Assembly (NCBI GenBank): GCA_038087875.1
Contig: JAXLNO010000293.1
Span: 62,001 to 126,000, forward strand
Length of the DNA: 64,000 bases
Source: Malacoraja senta
Taxonomy: Eukaryota
Reading direction: 5' to 3'
The translations under genes and the position numbers were made by a program. Under the pieces are notes generated by a model that made no database searches, was not told where the DNA came from, and saw only the letters and a program-made list of their open reading frames with translations. Below, piece after piece: positions 12,330 through 25,115 of this stretch. Every line of letters begins with the position of its first letter. The first letter of the stretch is position 1.

Positions 12330-13305
12330 AGAGGTAAAACGTGAGTATTTGGCTCAAGAGCCTTCGGCGAGGAGGCTGAGGGGAGGAGGCTACATTTATT
12401 TAGTTGTGTGTTTAATTTAATTTGAATATTTCAACTTATTGGCGTCATGGCAGGAATATTACTGCAGTGCGTTTGCTGCAGGATGTGGGAAGCCAGGATG
12501 TCACTAATTACTATACCTGTGGAATTGTGTCCAGATACTGCTCCTCAAGGACCGAGTTAGAGAAATGGAGCAGCAGGTGGATACGGGAAAACCAACGCTT
12601 CCTCGACATGACCGGCGAGACGACGTCAGGCAGAGCCAAAGTGGTGGGTGACTCCATTGTCAGAGGTGCGGACAGGAGATTCTGTGTCAACAAGCGAGAC
12701 TCGAGGAAGGTGAGTTCCCTCCATGGTGCCAGGGTTCAAGATGGCTCAGACCGAATTAAGAACATCCTCCTGAGGGAAGATGAGCAGCCGGAAGTAGTTG
12801 TGCATGTAGGCACAGATGACGTGGTTAAGAAGAGGAAGGGGGTTCTGCAACGTGAATATAGAGAAATAAGTAGGAGGCTGAAAATCCGGACTTCCAGGGT
12901 GGTTATCTGTGGGTTGCTTTCCAGTACTTCGTGCTAATGAGGGTAGGAACAGGGAGATTGGGGATCTGAATGTGAGGCTGAGGAGTTGGTGCAGGGAACA
13001 GGGATTTCGTTTTCTAGACCACTGGGATCTCTCTGGGGAAGGCGTGACCTGCACAAAAGGGACGTGTTGCACCTTAATTAGAGGGGGACCGACACGCTTA
13101 TTGGAATCGTATACAGACCACCAAACAGCAGTAGGGAGGTTGGGGATACCATCAAGTAGAGAATTAGGGATGCGTGTAGCAAAGGTACAGCAGTTATCAT
13201 GGGTGACATTAATCTACATAAAGATTGGGGCAACCAAATTGATAGCAGCGCTGAGGAGGAGGATTTCCTGGAATGTATACGGCATGTTTTCTTAAACCAA
13301 TATCT
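12330..13305 (+). mobile_element. CR1 LINE 5' part: ORF1 SGNH-esterase and endonuclease fragments with internal deletions
   Basis: VVGDSIVRG, PEVVVHVGTDD, WCREQGFRFLDHWD, then YRPPNS and EEEDFLEC-type endonuclease sequence. Confidence 0.85.
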
Positions 13306-13696
13306 AGAAGAAGATCTCTACTCGACGATCACCTTTATTAAATAGACACAAAAAGCTGCGGCAACTCAGCGGGTCAGGCAGCATCTCTGGAGAGAAGAAT
13401 GGGTGACGTTTCGGATCGAGACCCTTCTTCAGACTGGTTAGGGTACTGGGAAAAAGTGTTCTTCAATATGCCGGGAGCCTTTAAAGACAGTCATAGCACT
13501 GCCTGCGCGATTTTGTTCCTTATTAGTTTGCGAAATAATCTGCAAAGATTATTTTTCAGAATCGGCCATGTGTGTGCGACACGAGAAAAACGAGCAGAGC
13601 ACAACTTTAATCAATCCGCTCATTTCGCACGAAAAACTGTCAAACTTAAGTTCTCCTGGAACAATTAACGTTGTTAATTTTAATTTCGTCCTACTG

Positions 13697-14068
13697 ATAA
13701 CACCCAGGCAATCGTCATTCTCTCCCGAGGAAAGTGTGGTCTATCTATATCCAAAGGTATCACCCGCTATCTGGCATCAATGGCCGTAGGTGATTTAATG
13801 GTTTTAATTTTTGATGTAATATTGTACGTGATTAATGATGGCTATTTTCTTTATTCATTAGCGAACTTAACTCACATTTCTTGATTAATCCTGACCTTTG
13901 TTTTTATTTCCAGTGACTGATCTGTCTGGCTAACGGTGACTTTTACCTTCGATCGGTTTATCGGCATTTGTAATCCGAAGTTACCAACAGAATATTGCAC
14001 TGAGAAAATTGCAGCTTTGGTGATAGCAGTGACGTGCATCTTAAGTATTTTTCAAATTATCCCAGTAT
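13697..14068 (+). pseudogene. GPR139-like class A GPCR relic, end of TM1 to TM4
   Basis: Manual translation: AIVILSRGKCGLSISKGITRYLASMAVGDLMVLIFDVILY...S*LILTFVFISSD*SVWLTVTFTFDRFIGICNPKLPTEYCTEKIAALVIAV. DRF motif present; TGA stops at 13882 and 13918; truncated by repeat sequence at about 14068. Confidence 0.88.
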
Positions 14069-14411
14069 CTATGGAACTAAAACTAAGATCTTGACCACTT
14101 CCTGACTTCCTGTTTCGTGATTTTAGAAAGAACGCCGCCACTCACGGCCGTGATTTTTGGCCACCTCACTCAGAGTTGCCCTCAGCTGTGCTGGACGAGA
14201 GGATTTTTCCCATCGATGAAAAATCTAAGAATTGTTAATGTTTTTAAAAATGTTGCCATTCTCTCTGCTGCCCTCGCTGGTGGCAGGGGGAGGGACTATA
14301 ACCTGGAAGTGTCGTGCGTCACTCAGTCTTTGCGAGATGGTGGAAGCGAGAGGGGCCCGTCTCTCTGAGCCGTGAATAACACTGAACGCATGTGTACTTA
14401 ACGGTGTGATG

Positions 14412-15202
14412 TGGTTGCAAACTGTTTGCAAAATTGTTTGTCTTGCTTCTAAAATGGTCGTAGAAAATGTATTGGTTGTAAAACGTTTGCAAAATTGTTT
14501 GGCTTGCTTGGAAAAAAAAGTTTGCAGAAAAAGTATTGGTTGTAAAATGTTTGCAAAATTGTTTGTCTTGCTTCTAAAAAAATGTTTGCAGAAAATGTAT
14601 TGGTTGTAAGATGTTTGCAAAATTGTTTGTCTTGGTTCTAAAAAAATGTTTGCAGAAAATGTTTGGAAAATGTTTTTCTTGGTTTTAAAATGCTTGCAAC
14701 AGTTTTCGGATGGATAAAGCGTGAGGAAACATTTTATTAGAGCAGGACTGTGTTTAATTGCAAAATTGGCGCACAAACTGTGACTTCGGCTTAGTGGCAA
14801 AATGGCGCTGATGACGTCATTTCCGGTTCGTGGCAAGATGGCGCTGAGTGGAGAAGACGCCGTTGAATAATTCAATGGACCTTACTGCTCTGTCTATGGT
14901 GAGTGTGTTTGTGGACGTTATTTAAAGCACGTTCTTGCTTCAGCAGCAGCAGCCTCTACAGGAGGCTGTAAACGTTTGAATCATTCGGTTTACACACTGT
15001 ATGTTTACCACGTTCTGGTGTTATTTGGCATTTTATTATTGGTGTGTGTGTGTGAGTGTGTGATTGCGTGAGTGAGTCTGTGTGTGTATGTGTGTGTGTC
15101 TGTGTGTGTTTGTGCGTGTGTTTGCAGAAATTATATTGGTTGTACAATGTTTTGCAAAATTCTTTTCTTGCTTTAAAAAAAAATGTTTGCAGAAAATGTA
15201 TT
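14412..15202. repeat. ~60-bp AT-rich tandem repeat, at about 14412-14700 and 15120-15202
   Basis: Repeated aaatgtttgcagaaaatgtattggttgtaaaa.gtttgcaaaattgtttgtcttgcttctaaaa units; the last unit is cut by the Gypsy LTR. Confidence 0.85.
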
Positions 15203-18200
15203 TGTAGAAAGATGATGCATGTGAACCAATCACACTTAGCCAGCATCACTAACTCCACCCCACTATAACATTTATACTAACGCCTATTCCCAGCACCGTC
15301 AGTCTGAGCAGCTAGGATGACCTGACAACATCTTGTCTTTAAATGCTGCCAAGTTACAGTGCTGTTTAAAGATGTGTTAAACCATATACTGTCTCAGGTG
15401 CCTGTTTACATGGCGTCAGAATAAGTCTTATCCACTCCTCTTGTATAACGGTTTTTATTTTATCTTTTGTGAGTTTTTGCTTTAGTTTACGATGGCTTCT
15501 TCTTGTCGAAAGCCTGACCCTCTTGTCTTTGATGCGGATATCAGCGAACGCTGGCCCACGTTTGAAATTGATTACCAGCACTATATGAACATTGTGCACC
15601 GAAATGAACCAGATGCTGTCAATGCCTCGCTCCTGCTCAACCTTGCGGGCCCAGAGATGCCTTCGTCGATCCAGAACATTCCGTTATGCTCCGGCTATCC
15701 GTGATGCCAACGACCAGGTAATTACACCGGCGGAATCTCCTACTGACCCTATTGTTTTGCTGCGTAAACTCAGCCAGATCTGTGACCTGCCCTCAAATCA
15801 TATTTTGGACAGGGCAAGGTTTTTCTCTCGTAGTCAGCTTCCCGGGGAACGATTTGACTCATTTAATTCATCTTTGATGTATTTAGACCAACGTTGCCGA
15901 TTCCAGGATATGCCGGTTGATCAGCTGACTGGTCAGTTAACGAGGGACATTTTAGTGAATGGCATTAGTGATCTAAAGCTCAGATCAGAGCTCCTGAGAA
16001 GGCCAGATTTAACGCTCGATGATGCTGTTCATGCATGTAGAACCGCCGAACTTGTCGATCCCATGGACATTTCGCATGAAAGCAAAACCATCAATCTGAC
16101 AGGCCTCACTAGGCAGCGAACATACACAGATAATAGCCGATTTATGACCCAAGCTAGTCAGGCAGTTCACAGCGGTCCTCCGAAGAGATGTCCTATCTGC
16201 GGTTATATACACAACAGACAATCAGCCTGCCCCGCCCTCGGGAAGGCTTACAATTACTGCAAAAAGCTAAATCACTTTGCCTCAGTCTGTAGGGCTGCAA
16301 TTAGGGCCCGAGGAAACAATGCGCCCAGTCCCAAGTCTAATCTCAATTTTTTTAACGAGACAGCAACATACCGAAACCGCCCCCGAATACAGCCCAAATA
16401 ACTCGAAGACGACCCGACTGTTTACATGTTACAGCATGCTGCTCCCACGAATTCTGATCCTACAGTGACGATATCTATAAACAATGTTGCTTTTGGCGCG
16501 AAATTAGATACGGGCGCGAAAGTCAACACTATGTCAATCAACCTCTTTAACAAGATTAGAGCTAGCGAGCCACTTGTCAAGGACACATCCACTTTACATG
16601 CTTTTGGAGGCGAGGTGCTAGTACCCCTGTGCAAAACCAACTTGAAATGTGTACTAAAGAAAACAACGAGGGAATTGACCTTCTATGTGTTGAACTTTAA
16701 TTCAGTTACTATGCTTGGCAATCGTGCCTGTCAGGAACTGGGGTAATTTCCTTTGACAAAACCGTCCACAAAGTGCAAGTTTCTTTTGACCAAATGAATG
16801 AATTCCCTGATCACTTCGACAACAACCTAGGCAAGTTGCCTGTGTCCTACAAGATTATTACTGACCCCGATGTGACACCCGTTATCCGACCCCCGCACCG
16901 ATTGTCATTTGCCATGACTGACAGGGTTCACTCTATGCTGAAGGGCATGGCCTCCAAAGGCGTAATTGAAGCAGTCAGCGACCCCACCGACTGTGTCTCA
17001 ACCATGATTGCCACAGTCAAGAAGGGAAAGAATGAAATCCGCCTGTGCATTAATCCCAAAGACCTGAACACTGCCATTAAGCGCCGACACCATCCCATGA
17101 AGACAGTAGCGGATGTAGCGGCAAAGATCGGAAAGGCCACCCTATTTTCTGTCCTAGATGCAAAGAACTCATTCTGGCAGATACCGCTGGACAAGAAGTC
17201 ATTTAGCCTCACCACATTTGCCACCCCATTCGGCAGATATAAGTTTCTGAGAATGCCATTCGCGATCAACCCCGCCAGTGAAGTCTTCCAAAGAACTATG
17301 GAGCAAGTATTCGAGGATCTGCCTTGTGCCATTATTGTCGACGATATCCTTGTCTATGGTAAAGACGCAGCGGAACATGACCACAATCTCAGGCTCATCT
17401 TGGAGCGTGCTGTCAAGATCAACCTCAAGCTCAATCCTGACAAGTGCAAGTTCAGGGTTCCAGTGGTCTCCTACGTCGGCCTCATCTTCACCCCTGATGG
17501 CTTCAAGCCCGATCCGAAGAAAACTACTGCCATCACAGAAATGCCTGCACCCACAGACGTGAAAGGCCTGCAACGTTTCCTGGCCATGGTAAACTATCTC
17601 GGAAAGTTCATTCCGAACCTCAGCGAACTAAGCTCCACTGCGGCAGCTGACCAAAAAGGACACTGTATGGTCATGGTTCAAGCAACATAGGTTGCCTTTG
17701 ATGTTCTAAAATCCAAACTGACAAGTGCACCGACCCTGACTTTTTTCGACCTGAAACGTCCGGTGACGATCGCCTGCGATGCCTCGAAATTCGGGCTCAG
17801 CGCAGCCTGCTTGTAACCATCTGACGATGGCACCCTACTACCTGTCGCGTATGCCTCTCGCACAATGACCTACACAGAAGAGCACTACGCGCAAATCGAA
17901 AAGGAACTGCTGGCTGTCGTCTTTGCCTGCTCCAAATTCCACGACTTAGTCTATGGCAACACGTTCACGGTCGAGACGGACCACCAACCACTGGTGACAA
18001 TCCAGAACAAGCCCATCCATGCCGCGCCAGCTCGCTTGCAGTGCATGATGATGCAGCTGCAGCGGTACGACTTCTATATTACCTACACAAAGGTTAAGGA
18101 CATGCATGTCGCTGACACACTCTCTCGTGCACCTCGAGCATCTGGCGAACAACACCGCCATGAACATGAGAATTTCACGGTCGTCGGTGTCGATCTCGTC

Positions 18201-19874
18201 TCCAGTAAGCAACTGCGCACCCTGGCCACGCACACTGCCACTGACGATACGCTTCAAACCCTTTCATCCATCATCAAAACAGGCTGGCCAGATAAACAAT
18301 CCGTCACGCCCACAGAGGTGCAGCCGTTCTTCTTGGTCCGTGATGAACTGGTAGTTCAGGATGGTGTTGTTGTTAAGGGTCACAAGGTAGTGATACCCTT
18401 ATCGATACGAGACGAATACTTCAAAGAGGCACACAGCGGTCACCCAGGAGCCGACTCCACACTGGTACGCGCTCGTGGTCTGTTCTACTGGCCGGGAATG
18501 GCCACGTACATCTGGGACCGCATAGCCTCCTGCCCCACTTGCAACAATCTTGCGCCTCATTAGCAGCGGCAACCCCTTCTGCAATAACCTCCACCAGCAC
18601 TGCCTTGGATGTCGCTGGCGGCGGACATTTTCGAATGGTGCGGAAAGCACTACCTCGTTCTGGTCGACTCTTTTTCTAACTGGTTTGAACTTGACCAACT
18701 GACCTCCCTCACATCTGAGATGGTCATCAAGAAGCTGAAACGACACTTCTCCGCCTATGGCGCTCCTGTCATCCTGAGAACCGACAACGGTCCACAGTTC
18801 ACCAGCCACTTGTTCAAGCTTTTCGCAGACCGATGGAACTTCCAGCACGTCACAAGCAGCCCCGAGTATCCACAGAGTAATGGACTCGCTGAACGCGTTG
18901 TCAGAAGCGCCAAGCACTTGCTGGAGGGAGCGCGCATTTCAAAGTCAGACGTCTATCTCGATCTCCTGAAGCTCAGAAACATCGCCAGAGACGGAACATT
19001 GGGATCGACGGCACAGCGTTTACTGTCGACAGTGACGAGGTTTCCGGTTCCCATCGCACAACAGCAGCTGGTCCCTCGGGTGCTGAAGCCTGCCACTATC
19101 CAGCAACGTCTCCATGACATCCAGAAACGGTCACACGACAGTTCCAACAGACCACTCAAGCCTCTACTGCCGGGCCAGGTCGTCCGTCTGCGAACTTCAA
19201 CTGGACATTCCCGTCTGGGCACTGTTGTACGCCCGACTGACTAGCCGCGATCCTCCCTTGTGGACTGTGAGGGAGCGGTTTACCGGAGAAGTCGACAACA
19301 CCTGCTTGCTGTGAGGGAGCACCGACCACCACCCGCTGATCCCTATGCTCCGCCGCTCCAGTTCCAGCCGCCTTTTGCAATGTCTCCCACCCGTCCCCGC
19401 ATGCCTTGCACCCCGCCCCCACACGTCCCTCGGTCTCCACTAACCACGGGGTTCCACCTACCGCATGTTTCCCCTTTCGGTCACCACAAGCCTCTCCCGT
19501 GCCATTCTCGCCTCCAGGCTCTCCGTCTCATCCTTCAGGTGAGGGAGGGGATGGTTGGGTCCGCACGCGCTCGGGCCGTGTTAGTAAACCACCAGACAGA
19601 TATGGCGAGTATGTTGAACTTCATGGTATGGGTGCCCTTTCCACATTTAATCTTTAGGGGGAAGGATGTAGATTGATGATGCATTTGAACCAATCACACA
19701 TAAGACAGCATCACTAGCTCCACCCCACTATAACACTTATACTAACGCTTGTTCCCGGTACTGCCAGTCTGAGCAGCTAGGATGTACTGAGAACCTATTG
19801 TCCTCAACGCTGCTAAGTTTCAGTGCTGATTAAAATGTGTTTAAATCATACACTGTCTCTGGTGCTTGTTTACA
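15203..19874 (+). mobile_element. Gypsy/Ty3 LTR retrotransposon, full-length, degraded
   Basis: 208-bp TG..CA LTRs at 15203-15410 and 19667-19874; PBS tggcgtcagaa at 15411; PPT agggggaagga at 19656-19666. Coding: gag knuckle remnant (C..CG..H...CPA.GK...CKKLNHFASVC), protease LDTGA, RT IVDD, RNase H, integrase (H..H, C..C, DNGPQF, PQSNGLAER). Several stops and frameshifts. Confidence 0.95.
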
Positions 19875-20449
19875 CGAACGATAATTGAAATGCGTGGGTA
19901 TCGACTAATCGCGATCCTGCTACGAAATTTTTATGTCGAAAATTGTATTTTATTTCAAAGTGGGAATTTGAAGATAGGGACAGAGATGCTACAGAGATTT
20001 TAAACTCGGGAGAGCTCTTGGGTGAACTAGCACAGTGGGACAGGGCTTGATGCACCATCTATGGAGCGAAGGAAATAGCCAGCTTTTCGGGCCGGGTCTG
20101 AAGAAGGGTTTCGACCCGAAACGTTGCATATTTCCTTCGCTCCATAGAGGGGGGGGGGTGCAGGGAGTCAGATAGACTGCGCAATGACAGGGGGGGGGGT
20201 CCGAGTGTGAGAGTGAGTCGCCACCTGCGTACAGCGTTCCCACATCCCTCTTCTCCACCAAGAAAGGCACACTCCTCTCTCCCCTCTGCCCTCTCCCCCT
20301 TCCTTCCCTCATCCCCCCCCTCTCTAGCGAAGGAGGGAGAGGGAGGGGAAGGGAGGTAGTGAGAGGGAGATCTAAAGGGTAACTGATTTTGGTCTCCAAT
20401 CACCTCACAAAGGGCAGCCAACAGTGGTGGTGAGGCAGAAGGGAGAACC

Positions 20450-21041
20450 CTCTCTCTCTCTCCAATTCTCTCTCTCTCTCCCCTTCTCTCCCCCTTTCTC
20501 TCTCTCTCCCCTTCTCTCCCCTTGTATCCCCCTCTCTCTCTCCCCCGCTCTCTCTCTCTCCCCGTCTCTCTATCTCCTCTCTCTCTCTCTCCCTTCTCTC
20601 TCCAATTCTCTCTCCCCCCTCTCTCCCTCTCCCCCTTCCTCTCTCTCTCTCTCTCTCTCTCTCCAATTTCTTCTCTCTCCCTCTCTCCCCCTCTCTCTCT
20701 CCCTTTCTCTCCCCTTCCTCTCTCTCCTCTCTCAAATTCCCTCTCTCTCTCTCCCTCTCACCCCACCCAATCCTCTACCCCCAGCTACGTTTATATCTAC
20801 AGTTCACTCCACGAGTGTGTGTGAGAGCCGAGCAGTGTTTCTAATTCTGACTCTGCTCCGTGAGCTGCTCGTATTGACAGTAATCGTGTCCAACTCCTAA
20901 CTGAAAAAGTGTGGTTTGCAACTGAAAATCCCCCCTCTCTGTCTCTCCACTGCCCCCCCCACCCACACACAGACAGAGACACACACGCAGATAGAGACAC
21001 ACAAACACAGGCACAGAGACACAGAAACACACAGCCACAAA

Positions 21042-21079
<38 letters not shown>

Positions 21080-21212
21080 CAGACACACACATACAGACAG
21101 ACAGACACACACATACAGACAGACAGACACACACACAAACACACACAGACACATACAGACATACACAGACACAGACAGACACACACAGACAGACACACAG
21201 ACAGACACACAC
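20450..21212. repeat. (CT)n-rich tract at 20450-20760 and (CA/CAGA)n tract at 20960-21212
   Basis: Low-complexity sequence read directly. Confidence 0.95.
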
Positions 21213-21869
21213 AGGGTTAAATCCCACCAGTACCCCGGCCCTGATATTAACCCCGACACCAATGTTAACACAGACTCAAACCTCCAACCTGGTCTGCTGT
21301 TGTACCGGCACGGAACGAGTTAACACAACCCCCAGATCTGTTTATCCACATATTGTCTCCCTCTCGCACTTATCCGGCCTGTTGTCTTTCGTTTCTGCTT
21401 CAGGTCTTTTAACTCTATCCCCCCGACCAAGAGCGGGCCGGTTGCCGCCGATTTCATACAAATCTGAACCTTTCTCGCCCCCCCCCCCCCCCCTCTCACG
21501 CACACACCGACCGCCTGCTGAGTTCGCTGCGGTGCTGGGGCTTGCTGCCCTGTAGACTCCCATACCCCCCACCCCCCGGGTCCAGACCAGAGTCTCCCCC
21601 CCCTCCCCGCGTCCAGACCAGAGTGTCGGCCGCTCCGGCGGCAGCGAGTGACACAATTTCACGCATTTACTGAGGAATGTGGATCGATGCATTGATGACC
21701 CATTGTATAACTACTTGTTAACTGCTGGCTGTTAACCGCTACAGTAGCAGTTAACCCATCGTTTATCATTCACAGCGGTTGTTGTCCATATTCGTTTTGT
21801 AAAAAAAATCCGTATGGCAAAAGTTATTTTTAAATCTTTATTTAACAAAGCGAATTTGTATTTCCATAT

Positions 21870-21962
21870 GAAATACGGAAAATTAACGCGCCCCCCCCCG
21901 CCCCCCTTGGGCGCGGGGCCCAATTTGGAAAAATCGGTCCAATCGGCCTAAGGCCGGCCCTA
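21870..21962. mobile_element. Possible hAT-type DNA transposon terminus
   Basis: Ends ggtccaatcggcctaaggccggcccta (reverse complement TAGGGCCGGCCTTAGG), resembling CAGGGCCGG-type TIRs. No partner end found. Confidence 0.3.
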
Positions 21963-22211
21963 GGTACTGTACATCGTACCAGGGCCCGGTTTCCAAAAGG
22001 GGGCCCGGGAGCCGAAGAAGGGGGGCCTGGAATTTCTTGAAATCTCAGAAAATGTTTGCATATATTTTGTGAAGACTAGCATTCACATTTTGTGTGAGCC
22101 TACATAGTTTTATATATCGTAATTCGTAGAAATTGTGATCCACAATAAACCGGGGAATTTTAACTGGCGGGTGTGCGGTCGGGGTAAACAGATTAAAAGA
22201 TGGGGAAGGGG

Positions 22212-22482
22212 AAGACCCATCACTACTGAGGGATCTTCCCTGTTGGAGGGGGGGGCACTAGGACCCAACAGAGTCATCACTACTGATGGGGCTGCTCTGT
22301 AGGAGTGGGGGGGGGGCACTATGACCCAGCAGAGTCATCACTACTGTTGGATGGGGGGAGCACTAGGACCCAACAGAGTCATCACTACTGATGGGTCTTC
22401 ACTGTACGGGGGGGGGGGCGGGAACTAGGACACAGCAGAGTCATCACTACTGATGGGTCTTCCCTGTAAGAGATGGGGAGGC
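22212..22482. repeat. ~45-63-bp minisatellite, about 5 units
   Basis: Repeated cactaggacccaacagagtcatcactactgatgggtcttccctgt followed by a G-run. Confidence 0.85.
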
Positions 22483-23339
22483 AAGTATCTCTTCTAAGAT
22501 CATCCCTCATCATGGAAAAGCAGCCAACATAATCAAATACTTGTTCTACCCCGGTCATTCCTTCTTCTCGCTGTTCTTGTCGGGCAGAAGGTACAGAATC
22601 TTGAAAGCGCCTACTACCAGTCTCTGGAACAGCCTCCTCCCCTCTGTTATCAGGCTTCTGAACGGTCCTTCCATAAGCTAGACATTCTGGGTTGAAGGGC
22701 GTGTTCCTGTGCTGTATTGATGGCGTCTTGTTTTATCTGTTGAGCGGCAGTGTAAGGTTGATTTTCTGACCAGAGTGGAGCTCACTTTGCTTTAGAGATA
22801 CAGCATGGAAGTAGGCCCTTCGGCCCACCGAGTCCACATCGACCATCGATCACCAATTAACACTTGGTATCTGTTATCCCACCTTCCCGTTCACTCCCAA
22901 CATACTTGGGGCAATTTACAGAGGGCCAATTACCCTACAAACCCGCATGTCTTTTGAATGTGGGAGAAAATCGGAGCACCCGGAGGAAACCCACGCGGTC
23001 ACAGGGAGAATGTGCACGCTCCGAACAGTGAACATGGTCAGGATCGAACCCGGGTCTCTGGCCCCGTGAGGCAGCGGTTCAATCTGCTGCTCCATATTCC
23101 CTCAGAAATATGAACCCTTCCATTTCCAGATACTGTACACTGCCCGACCTGCTGAATGCCGACAACGTTTTATGTTTTTTGTTGGCATTTTATGTTCGGA
23201 CTCACGTTCCAATCACCCATTTAACTGGAAAACATTAATAAACGCAGATGGTGAAAATCCAAAATAAAGACATAAGATCCAAGAAATACTCTGCAGGACG
23301 GTTAGCGTCTGTCAAGAGAGAAGCTGCAGAGAGTTAATC

Positions 23340-24025
23340 ATAATCATAATTGTAATTTATTAGACAAGTATCTTTTGCAACATACGAGGAATTTGGTTGC
23401 CTTACAATCAAACAAAAAAAAGATCAAGACACACAACTACATAAAATGTTGACATAAACATCCACCACTGCGGCTCCTCCATATTCCCCACTGTGATGGA
23501 AGGCCATAAATTCTCATCTTCTTTCCCCCTTTCCTCCCGCAACCGGCGATCGAGCTCCCACGTCGGGGCGATCCAAGCTCCTGCTTGGATTGTCAGAACG
23601 GAGGAATCTCCGCGGATTGGTGTTCCCGAACTCGGTCCCTAACTAGGGACCGCGAGCTCCATGATGTTAAAGTCCGCAGCTCCCTCAGGTTGGAGCACCA
23701 AAGGCCGACCCCTGACAAAGGGATCGTCCGCTCCGAGGTGTTAAAGTCCACAGAATCCGCGTTGGAATCCGAGTCCCAGCCGCCAACTCCACGATGTTAG
23801 GGCCGCAGTGCGGACGGAAATAAGACACAGAAAAAGTCACATCTCCGTCAAGGAAAGAGATTTTAAAAAGGTGTATCCTCCCCCCCCCTCCCCTCAGCAC
23901 ACACACACAACACAAAACTAAAGATAAACTAAAGCATACAATTTACAACAAACAAATACACAAAGAAGGAAAAAGACGAAGCCCGACCGTTGGCGAGGCA
24001 GCGATTGTTCGCAGCCACCTGGTGG
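23340..24025 (-). mobile_element. Non-autonomous retroelement copy 4
   Basis: Same gctgcctcgccaac 5' block as copy 3, the same hairpin block at 23461-23500, and a (cataat)n tail. Confidence 0.7.
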
Positions 24026-24825
24026 TAAAACATCCAGTGAATTCCAAACACTCCAAAGACGTACGTTAATTAGCTTGGAATCATTGTAAATTGTCCCGAG
24101 TGTGTTTAGGATAGTGCAATTGTGCGGGGATCGCTGGTCAGCGTGGACTCGGTGGGCCAAAGGGCCCTATTCCGCGCTGTATCTCTAAACTAAACTCGAG
24201 CTGAAACGTCACCCATTTCTTCTATCTAGAGATGTTGCCTGTACCACTGAGTTACTCCACCATGTTGTGTAAATCTTAAGAAACTAAACAAATGGTCTGT
24301 TCTGTGCTGTACTATTCTATGTTCTATGTTAAATACTTGGAACTGAACTCGGACTATCTTTAATCAGACTTTACTAGGCTTTATCTTGCTATAGACGTTA
24401 TTCCCTTTAAATTGTATCTGTACACCCTCAGGCTTTCCTTGATCAGCCTTTGCTGGCGTTACCTTGCGCTAAACATTATTCCCTTATCATGTACCTATAC
24501 ACTGTCAATGGTTCGATTGTAATCATGTATGTCTTTCTGCTGACTGGTTAGCACGCAACAAAAGCTTTTCACTCTACCTCGGTACACGTGACAATAAACT
24601 CAACTGAACTTAACTTTAGGATGACAGGATAAGTTGCAGTTACAGGAGATTTTCACAGCCCAGAATTAAGGCTACCAATTAATAAAGGGCTGTAGGTCGG
24701 CTTGGGGCAATCATGGATATCGGTTTAGCAGAACAATGGAGCTTTGTTTATTCGAGGCCCTGCAAGAATCTTGCTTCCATAATACCAGTTGCCATCAAAG
24801 CTGAAGTGAACAATAATCAGTCGGT

Positions 24826-25115
24826 ATGTGTAGGAAGGAACTGTAGGTGCTGGTTTAAACCGAATATGAACACAAAGAGCTGGTGTAACTTAGCGGGACA
24901 GGCGGCATCTCTGGAGAGAAAGAATGGATGACGTTTCGGGTCAAGACCTTTCTTCAAACAGTCAGAATCGACCCGTGTGTAGGAAGGAACTGCAGATGCT
25001 GGTTTAAGTCGAAGATAGAGTCTGAAGAAGGGTCTCGACCCGAAACGTCACCCATTCATTCTCTCTAGAGATGCTGCATGTCCCGCAGATTTGCTCCAGC
25101 CTTTTGTGTCTAACT
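24826..25115. mobile_element. Cluster of Penelope pseudo-LTRs in both orientations, with a hammerhead-like core at 25022-25049
   Basis: tgtaggaaggaactgcagatgctgg and ctgaagaagggtctcgacccgaaacgtcaccc..gagatgctgc, the same sequence that follows the GIY-YIG fragment at 50854. Confidence 0.8.

Noticed and set aside
14068..14410. Possible Helitron-like element starting A|TCTATGGAACTAAAAC
   Set aside because: No 3' hairpin plus CTRR end found; left unclassified.
20400..21323. Long ORFs rich in ER, CV or HT dipeptides (also 48855-50373 and 51077-51563)
   Set aside because: Translations of microsatellite and low-complexity DNA.
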